Below, one piece after another: positions 18,831 to 25,780 of a stretch of 64,000 nt of DNA. The translations under genes and the position numbers were made by a program. Positions within the stretch are counted from its first letter, which is position 1. The number at the start of each line of letters is the position of its first letter. Source of the DNA: an uncultured Chlamydiales bacterium (GTDB lineage: Bacteria; Chlamydiota; Chlamydiia; Chlamydiales; Rhabdochlamydiaceae). The notes beneath the pieces are model-generated. The model had not been told where the DNA came from, did no database searches, and saw only the letters and a program-made list of their open reading frames with translations. The stretch covers positions 320,001 to 384,000 of the forward strand of contig OY969554.1 of the NCBI GenBank assembly GCA_963700985.1, in the 5' to 3' direction.

Positions 18831-18860
18831 GATCTTACCTACTTAACTTTAATGGATGGT

Positions 18861-20189
18861 ATGGCTCATAAAAAATGGATTGGAAATTTTGTTTTTTTAT
18901 CTTGTCTGCTGACGCCTAACTGGAATCTTTTTTCTCAGGCAGGCATTAGCCTCTACCTGACAGATGAAAGCCATCAGCAAATGTACGTGATAGACACGGA
19001 AACCTTTGCTATAACGGCTACGATTCCCCTAACGAATCCTGGGCCTCGAGGCTTAGCCATTAATGCAGATAATACATTTGCTTATGTAGGTGTTAGCCCT
19101 GGCGTAAACCTTGTAAACCTAACCACTCAGCAAGCTGAGTCTGTAATTTTTATAGGTGGTGCTGCTGGCCAAGATGCAGCTATAACACCCGACGGCACTA
19201 CTGTTTATGTTCCAGATGGTAGCATGTCTGTTTGGGTGATTGATACGGCTACGAATGTGTCTACAGCTTCTATTGGGACCGGAAGTCAGCCCAGTTTTGT
19301 TGCAATTCAACCTGTTGCACCATTCCAGGCGTATGTTTCCAATTTTGGTTCTGGTACTGTTACTGTAATCGACACAAATACGATGAGTTTTGTAACTAAT
19401 ATTGTAGTTGGGACTAGTTCTAGTGATCCTTCCGGTATAGCCGCCACTCCTAACATTCCTAGCACTCCTAACGGTTTGTTTGCCTATGTTGGCTTTGATA
19501 GTGGCGATACGATCACTGTGATTGACGCTGGCACGAATACCATCTCATCTACTGTGACTGTAGGATCTGTTCCTTTAGATGTTACCATAGCAAATGTGCC
19601 GAGTCCCCCTTCTCCCTTATCTCCTGGTGCATATGCTTATACTGCCAACTCAAACGCAGGCACTGTTTCTGTTATAAATGCAGCCGCTTCTCCACCGGTA
19701 ACGGTAACAACGCTTACCCCTCCTAATGCGAACGCGCTACAGTTTATTGCTGCGACTCCTGACGGAAAACAGGTGTTTGTGATTGATGGTCATAGTGATA
19801 TCTCGGTAATCGATACTTCTACAAATGAAGCTACTTTGGTAGTTACAATAATTGACTCTATCCCAGGTGGTGTGGCAATGGGTAATGTGCTGCCAAACCC
19901 GCAGCCTCAGCCGCCTTCTAATCTCACTGGGCAGCTGCGCAAGGTGATCTTTGCCACTCAAACAGAATATATCCACAAGCTGCAGTGGAGCCCTAGCACT
20001 GACACGACCGTGGTCAATTACATTCTTTTCCGCAATGGCAGCCAGATCGCGGTGATCAGCGCCTCTGGGCCATTTGAGTATAACGACCAGAACCGCCATA
20101 AAAATGAGAGCGACGTTTACACATTAGTGAGCGTGAACGCATCAGGCGCGCAAAGCACACCCATCACCTTAAACTTCAACGGGAAGTAA
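18861..20189 (+). CDS. Secreted YVTN beta-propeller protein with conserved C-terminal tail (P3)
   Basis: MAHKKWIGNFVFLSCLLTPNWNLFSQAGISLY; propeller blades; 92-aa tail. Confidence 0.85.
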   Translation: MAHKKWIGNFVFLSCLLTPNWNLFSQAGISLYLTDESHQQMYVIDTETFAITATIPLTNPGPRGLAINADNTFAYVGVSPGVNLVNLTTQQAESVIFIGGAAGQDAAITPDGTTVYVPDGSMSVWVIDTATNVSTASIGTGSQPSFVAIQPVAPFQAYVSNFGSGTVTVIDTNTMSFVTNIVVGTSSSDPSGIAATPNIPSTPNGLFAYVGFDSGDTITVIDAGTNTISSTVTVGSVPLDVTIANVPSPPSPLSPGAYAYTANSNAGTVSVINAAASPPVTVTTLTPPNANALQFIAATPDGKQVFVIDGHSDISVIDTSTNEATLVVTIIDSIPGGVAMGNVLPNPQPQPPSNLTGQLRKVIFATQTEYIHKLQWSPSTDTTVVNYILFRNGSQIAVISASGPFEYNDQNRHKNESDVYTLVSVNASGAQSTPITLNFNGK

Positions 20190-20202
20190 TTTAATTCTAA
20201 AG

Positions 20203-20312
20203 CAGAACAAGATGTAGAGAGGATCAGGCAGGATATAAAGGATGGAAGAAATATCCTGCATATCCTGTCGCTTGCGATCATGCACATCCTGTAAATGATT
20301 TACCGAAAGAGC
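20203..20312. repeat. CAGGAT/ATCCTG palindromic dispersed repeat, copy 2
   Basis: Same architecture as 18740-18830, ending atcctgtaaatgatttac. Confidence 0.7.
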
Positions 20313-20332
20313 TTGGTCTTATCTACTTAACT

Positions 20333-21223
20333 TTAAGGGATAGCTTGGATCTGTTGGTCTAAGTAGCTAGCGAGTTCAGGTTGACGCATCTGTAGCCACT
20401 GTTTGAAGTGGTCTGTGATGCGCAGCACTTCATGTTGAAAAGGCTCATTTTTCTTATTTGATTCACCCTTCTTAAAACGGCCGATATCGAATTGAATTGG
20501 CTCTGCATCGATTAAGCCAAAGTTAGTCTTAAGATCCGGATCTTTATCGGTGAGACCGGCATCGTGTCTTTTGGCGAGTAGATGGAGAAGTCCTACGAGC
20601 GCACTTTTAGCTTTTTCTATCTGATTCGTTTGAATCATCTCTTCAATTGCCGCGTAAAAAGGTTTCGCTCTCTTTTGCAGAATGAATTCCATCTGATCTA
20701 AATCGAGTGTGTGGGTGATTTTCCCCTTGTCAGTGATCTGGATCTTTTGCCTTAGATTATCACTTTTAGTGAGATGCAGATAGATCAAGCCCGTCTCTTC
20801 TTTTAGATGCTGAAAAGCAAATTGGTAGCTGGAGAAATCTTTTTCGCGCTTGCTTTCTTTGATCGCAATTTTTTGCTGCCGCCATTGCTCAAGTGAAGAG
20901 GGGAGGGGAAGGTTTTTTAGCCACCTCGGAGCTTCGATATGACTTACCCGAAAAAATTTGATCACATATAGCTGATCTTGCGAGACAAATACGTAACACT
21001 GTGCACCTTTGCCTAAATAAGTGAAAGGTTGTGCCAAAATTGTGCGCAGGCCCCCATCTTGCTTAAAATGAGCAGGAGACTCCCAACGCGCGTCATATGC
21101 AAGGCGGGAAGAGATCTTGTTTAGAGCAAAACCATCCGTCTGTTTATAGCAGAAATGCTTAAGCCCAAAAAAAACGCCCACAACCAGAGTTAACCACCCC
21201 GCTTGCTGATAAATTTTCTTCAT
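20333..21223 (-). CDS. Membrane-anchored protein-kinase-like fold protein (K-H); ORF extends to 21247
   Basis: YLGKGAQCYVF...VIKFF; EETGLIYLHL; GLTDKDPDLKTN; FDIG. Confidence 0.7.
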   Translation of the reverse strand: MKKIYQQAGWLTLVVGVFFGLKHFCYKQTDGFALNKISSRLAYDARWESPAHFKQDGGLRTILAQPFTYLGKGAQCYVFVSQDQLYVIKFFRVSHIEAPRWLKNLPLPSSLEQWRQQKIAIKESKREKDFSSYQFAFQHLKEETGLIYLHLTKSDNLRQKIQITDKGKITHTLDLDQMEFILQKRAKPFYAAIEEMIQTNQIEKAKSALVGLLHLLAKRHDAGLTDKDPDLKTNFGLIDAEPIQFDIGRFKKGESNKKNEPFQHEVLRITDHFKQWLQMRQPELASYLDQQIQAIP

Positions 21224-21313
21224 GCTGAGGATTATCATGCCGTGCAAAATTCCCTTCCACTAGATTTTCTTTTTGTGTAATTTATAATTTTTTTTTATAA
21301 ATGGAAAAAACTT

Positions 21314-22642
21314 ATGAAGTTACGTTCTTGGACTGCAAGTTTTATCTTTGTCGCATCTCTTTTAACGCCTAATTTGAATCTGTTTTCTGAAGCTGGAGTT
21401 AATGCCTATGTTCTTAGTCATGGCGCTGCAAATGATGGTTTTGTCGGTGTATTTGAGACAGATACTCCTTTCACTCAAACAGCTTCTATCGGCAGTTCGT
21501 TCTCGAATCCGACCGGAATGGTTTATACGGTCGTTCCTGTTGTTCCTCCCACCGTTCCACCGACAGATCATGAATTAGTTTATGTGGCAGCAACTGACGA
21601 GATAGAAGTCATTGATGTTCTGACGGGTACATTAGTGGCACCGATATCGATAACCGGTAATACTGCTTTTGATGTTGCAGCCACTTCCAATGGCGCTTTT
21701 GTCTATGCAACAATTATCAATGCTGCCCAAGTGTTAGTGATTGATACAAGTACCAATACAATAGTTGGGGCGCCTATCCCCGTAGGACACAGCCCTGAAG
21801 GCATTGCTATTACGCCCAGCGATCAACGGGCATATGTTGCCAATGCCGCCGATGGCACTGTTTCTGTGATCAACACAATTTCGAATACCGTTGTTGCGAC
21901 CGTCACCGTGGGCTCTGATCCTGTTCGAGTTGCCATCACACCGAATGGAAACTCTGTCTATGTTGTCAATACCGGATCCGATAATGTATCTGTAATTAAT
22001 ACTGCCACGAATACAGTAGTTGCAACTATTACCGTAGGAGACACTCCAATAAACATCGCCATAGCAACTGTGCAAGGTGGCGCTCACGTATATGCGTATG
22101 TCACCAACGGCGACAGCGATACTGTTACTGTGATCGACACGGACACAATGCTGGCAGTCGGTTCGCCAATCATCGTAGGGCTTGATCCTGGCCCTATCGC
22201 CGCGACTCCTGATGGAATGTCTGTTTTTGTGGGAATAGGTAACAACGATACTCTCTCTATTATCGATACCGCCACAAATGTAGTTAATAATGTGCCAGGA
22301 GTTCCAATCCAGTCGGCCATCGTGATGGTGCCGGCTGCACCCCCACCCCCACCTCAACCTCAACCACCATCAAATCTTACTGGGCTGCTACGTAAAGTGA
22401 TCTTTGCTACCCAAACCGAATACATCCATCAGCTGCAGTGGAGCCCTAGTATCGATACAACCGTGGTTGATTACATTCTTTTCCGCAACGGCAGCCAGAT
22501 CGCGGTGATCAGCGCCTCTGGGCCGTTTGAGTATAACGACCAGAACCGCCACAAAAATGAAAGCGACATTTATAGTCTAGTGAGTGTGAATGCCTCGGGT
22601 GTGCAAAGCGATCCCATCACACTTCTTTTCAATGGGAAGTAA
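21314..22642 (+). CDS. Secreted YVTN beta-propeller protein with conserved C-terminal tail (P4)
   Basis: Signal peptide; canonical YVxN...VSVINTATNTVVATITVG blades; 92-aa tail. Confidence 0.85.
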   Translation: MKLRSWTASFIFVASLLTPNLNLFSEAGVNAYVLSHGAANDGFVGVFETDTPFTQTASIGSSFSNPTGMVYTVVPVVPPTVPPTDHELVYVAATDEIEVIDVLTGTLVAPISITGNTAFDVAATSNGAFVYATIINAAQVLVIDTSTNTIVGAPIPVGHSPEGIAITPSDQRAYVANAADGTVSVINTISNTVVATVTVGSDPVRVAITPNGNSVYVVNTGSDNVSVINTATNTVVATITVGDTPINIAIATVQGGAHVYAYVTNGDSDTVTVIDTDTMLAVGSPIIVGLDPGPIAATPDGMSVFVGIGNNDTLSIIDTATNVVNNVPGVPIQSAIVMVPAAPPPPPQPQPPSNLTGLLRKVIFATQTEYIHQLQWSPSIDTTVVDYILFRNGSQIAVISASGPFEYNDQNRHKNESDIYSLVSVNASGVQSDPITLLFNGK

Positions 22643-22656
22643 TCTTGAGTCTAAAA

Positions 22657-22765
22657 GAGAACAGGATATACAGGATCAGGCAGGATATGAAGGATAGGAT
22701 TGAGAAAATATCTTGCGTATCCTGTCGTTTACGATCCTACATATCCTGTAAATGATTTACCAAAA
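22657..22765. repeat. CAGGAT/ATCCTG palindromic dispersed repeat, copy 3
   Basis: acaggatatacaggatcaggcaggat...atcctgtaaatgatttac. Confidence 0.7.
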
Positions 22766-22769
22766 AAGT

Positions 22770-22860
22770 AGTGACCCCATCACACTTGTCTTCACTAGGA
22801 AATTTTCTTCATGCCCAGGATTATCATGCCGCGCAAAATTCCCTTCCACTAGATTTTTCT
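22770..22860. pseudogene. Deletion scar: propeller 3' end remnant fused to a copy of the kinase start/promoter region
   Basis: 22770-22802 encodes SDPITLVFTRK (cf. SDPITLNFNGK); 22800-22860 nearly duplicates 21211-21270. Confidence 0.65.
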
Positions 22861-22925
22861 CGATTTTTGATGAAAGTTAAATAAAACATTTGCAAGTTGA
22901 CGAGTCTTGGGGTATTGAGAAGTAA

Positions 22926-23600
22926 ATGAAACACAATAACCCCAGATTTTCTATGCTTACAAAAAAATGTTCTAGCCTAGCAATAGGCGCATCTCTCTTA
23001 GTTCTGAGCAGTTTTGCAGCAAGTCAGCTAAATGCCGTAGAGTGCTCCTCTGTCAAATCTGGCTTTGAAGTAAGCGCTCGCGCTGCGGCGTTTGTTCCTT
23101 CATCGCATAAGATAAGAAAGATCTATAACGATGCGTGGGGAGACTATCAACTCGAATTCGGTCAATCGATATATAAATCCTTGAGCATTTGGGCTGGGGG
23201 TCAATACACCTATAGCAATGGGCATTCTCGTTCAGGTAGCGACACCATTCGTGCTAGGACGAAAATACAACTAGCGCCCGTGAGCTTAGGCTTAAAATAC
23301 AATTTCTTCTTCGGTTCTTGCACCAGTCTCTACTTAGGCGCTGGCCCTACGTATACTTTCCTGCGCATACACGACCATTGGCCCTTTGTACATAGACACA
23401 TAAGCAAAGCAGGCGTAGGCGGGTTATTCAAAGTGGGCATGAAGCACTACTTTGCCCGTGCATTTTTTATCGAAGGTTTTGTGGATTACCTCGTACAGCG
23501 TTTTCACTTCCATAACAAGAGTTCTGGCCCTTTCGTACAGCGGCATGAGCTCTTTATGGATGCTATCGTAGCTGGCGGCAGCATCGGCTTCCACTTCTAG
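22926..23600 (+). CDS. Small outer-membrane beta-barrel protein (OmpA/OmpW-like membrane domain)
   Basis: Signal peptide, amphipathic strands (SLYLGAGPTY, FFIEGFVDY), C-terminal ...GSIGFHF. Confidence 0.7.
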   Translation: MKHNNPRFSMLTKKCSSLAIGASLLVLSSFAASQLNAVECSSVKSGFEVSARAAAFVPSSHKIRKIYNDAWGDYQLEFGQSIYKSLSIWAGGQYTYSNGHSRSGSDTIRARTKIQLAPVSLGLKYNFFFGSCTSLYLGAGPTYTFLRIHDHWPFVHRHISKAGVGGLFKVGMKHYFARAFFIEGFVDYLVQRFHFHNKSSGPFVQRHELFMDAIVAGGSIGFHF

Positions 23601-23621
23601 CAATAATTGCGATCGATTCAT

Positions 23622-23730
23622 TCTTATTCGTGCCCGTGTGCGTGTGCGTGCCTGATCTTTCTTAAAAGCAGAAGTCTATAAGAAAAAGAAAGAGAGCCGG
23701 GCACGGGCACGCACACGGGCACGATTAAGA
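23622..23730. repeat. REP-like palindrome with gtgccc/gtgcgt hexamer arms
   Basis: tcgtgcccgtgtgcgtg ... cacgcacacgggcacga, between convergent genes. Confidence 0.65.
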
Positions 23731-23789
23731 AAGAAGCAATTCTTTCTCTCTTCCTCTGTGATCTCGGTGGTGAAATTCTTCAGCAGCAC

Positions 23790-24620
23790 TTAGCGGAGGA
23801 TGATTTCTCGATCGACAGAGTTGTAAGCTCCGGAAACGGGCTTGTTTCTCTGATCGATCAGCTGCAGATGGATTTTATGAGTGCCTTTTTTGAGACCATA
23901 GATGTAATAGGGGATCCAGCTGGTTATGACGCGTTCTTTTTTGCCGTCGATAGAGAGTTCTACTTTATAGCCGTCACGTGAGAGTTGGCAGTTTGTGATG
24001 TAGAAGTCGAGTAAAATAGGCTCAGTTGGGCTGTAATCATAATCGCCCTGAGGTTCATTGTAGGTGAGGTAGGGAGCCGAAAGATCCACGCCATGTAATG
24101 GTTCCTTGTCCTGGAAATAGAAGGTGCCAGAGACAAAGCAGCCATCGCCTTTAAGGCTCTCATTGTAAGAGCGCACAGGGAAAATGCGAATCGTGTGTGC
24201 ACCGGGCTTTAGTTTAAAAGGAAGATCAAAATCTAATGATTGATCGAAGTAGTTCTCATTGTCGTCTAAGGCCATAATGAAAGACTCATTGATCTCAAAG
24301 TAGGGACGATCGTCGATGACGATATGAAGAGCTTGTCCAACCGGATCGTTAAAGATCTCTTTTCTTCTAGGAAAATCGCTGTCTGTGCCTATTGGATAGC
24401 CCTGGATGCGCAGTTCCATGTTGACTGGGTTTGAGTTCTTAACATCACCTTCTTTAGGGAAGACTATGAAAAGCTCCACATTATCAGATTCAGGCGTTGG
24501 GTTGACCGGTACGACACGGATCTCTCCGGGATTGGCCTTATGAGGCTTTATATCCGCAGCAGAGGCCGCATTCGAAGATAGCACCAGAAGAGAACAGAGA
24601 CCCAGTAGACCAAATCGCAT
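23790..24620 (-). CDS. Secreted hypothetical protein (beta-rich, two Ig-like halves predicted)
   Basis: Signal peptide, GGAGG RBS, 276-aa ORF. Confidence 0.7.
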   Translation of the reverse strand: MRFGLLGLCSLLVLSSNAASAADIKPHKANPGEIRVVPVNPTPESDNVELFIVFPKEGDVKNSNPVNMELRIQGYPIGTDSDFPRRKEIFNDPVGQALHIVIDDRPYFEINESFIMALDDNENYFDQSLDFDLPFKLKPGAHTIRIFPVRSYNESLKGDGCFVSGTFYFQDKEPLHGVDLSAPYLTYNEPQGDYDYSPTEPILLDFYITNCQLSRDGYKVELSIDGKKERVITSWIPYYIYGLKKGTHKIHLQLIDQRNKPVSGAYNSVDREIILR

Positions 24621-24692
24621 AAATCCTCCATAAACATTAATCCGACGTGTACCCTTCTATCCTTTAAAAGGCAACCTTGATATGGAGAAGGT

Positions 24693-25676
24693 ATGGGCGA
24701 TATCATTTTACTCATTATTGTTTTTGGGCTTATCTTCGACTACACCAACGGCTTTCATGATGCCGCCAATGTAGTAGCCACGGTTATTGCCACGCGCGTG
24801 CTAGCTCCATTTGCGGCAATTGTCATGGCGGGTATCTTAAATATGATTGGAGCCACCCAAGTGAGCGGTGTTGCTAAAACCATCACGACAGGATTGATCG
24901 ATCCAAGCTTAACCACGCCCCTCATTGTTTTGTGTGCTGTAATCGGCGCCATTTGCTGGAATATTGCCACTTGGTATTTCGGCCTGCCAAGCAGCTCCTC
25001 TTATGCCCTGATTGGAGGACTCGTCGGTGCTGCCTGGGTAGCAGGTGGGCCTGGCATGGTTCTCTGGTATGGGATAATTGGTAAGGTTCTAATCCCACTT
25101 GTGGTCTCTCCCATCGTGGGCTTTGTGCTTGCCTTTTTGCTTATGAAGTTTCTCATGTCTTATGCAAAGGGGCGCAAAAAGGAAAAGCTCTTCGGCTATT
25201 TGCAGATTGGATCTGCCGCATTGGTGGCTCTGGCTCATGGGTTTAATGACGCTCAGAAGAGCATGGCGCTCATTACGTTGGGGCTTTTTTCTGCTGGGTA
25301 TTTGAGCGCACCTATCATTCCCATCTGGGTTATCCTTCTCTGTGCGCTTATGATGGGCCTTGGTACTGCCGCGGGCGGATTTCGAATTATTAAAACCGTC
25401 GGTTTTGATATCGCAAAAATTACTCCGGTTCAAGGCTTTGCAACCGAACTCAGCGCTTCTTGCGTGATTCTAACAGCCAGCTTTTTAGGAATGCCTTTGA
25501 GCTCAACTCAAATGATCGTTGGCAGCGTGACAGGTGTGGGAGCCGCTAAATCCAAAAAAGAGGTGAATTGGGCCACTCCTAAAAAAATTGGAATTGCCTG
25601 GGCTTTAACCCTTCCGGGTGCCGCGTTATTCTCAGCAGTGCTTTTCTCATCTCTTTCTCATTTCTTATCTCCTTAA
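24693..25676 (+). CDS. pitA: Inorganic phosphate transporter, PiT family
   Basis: NGFHDAAN, GLPSSSS, HGFNDAQK, GMPLSSTQ motifs. Confidence 0.92.
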   Translation: MGDIILLIIVFGLIFDYTNGFHDAANVVATVIATRVLAPFAAIVMAGILNMIGATQVSGVAKTITTGLIDPSLTTPLIVLCAVIGAICWNIATWYFGLPSSSSYALIGGLVGAAWVAGGPGMVLWYGIIGKVLIPLVVSPIVGFVLAFLLMKFLMSYAKGRKKEKLFGYLQIGSAALVALAHGFNDAQKSMALITLGLFSAGYLSAPIIPIWVILLCALMMGLGTAAGGFRIIKTVGFDIAKITPVQGFATELSASCVILTASFLGMPLSSTQMIVGSVTGVGAAKSKKEVNWATPKKIGIAWALTLPGAALFSAVLFSSLSHFLSP

Positions 25677-25780
25677 CTTTCAATCTGTTTAATTTAATAA
25701 TCAAATTAAATAGTTATAATAGTTTGATTATTAAAAGAATTTGATTTAATAATTAGATTAATCGGCTCGAAAGAGGAGTT

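Noticed and set aside
21734-22363. 209-aa antisense ORF and similar shadow ORFs (e.g. 29767-30228, 48585-49082, 50314-50805)
   Set aside because: They overlap well-supported genes in other frames or strands and have no recognisable motifs.
639-22642. Diversity-generating retroelement behind the repeated propeller tails
   Set aside because: No reverse transcriptase in the window; differences are mostly synonymous and not adenine-specific; the repeated part is the constant region, not the variable one.
18740-22765. CRISPR array from the periodic repeats
   Set aside because: Repeats are imperfect, ~100 bp long and separated by whole genes; no cas genes.
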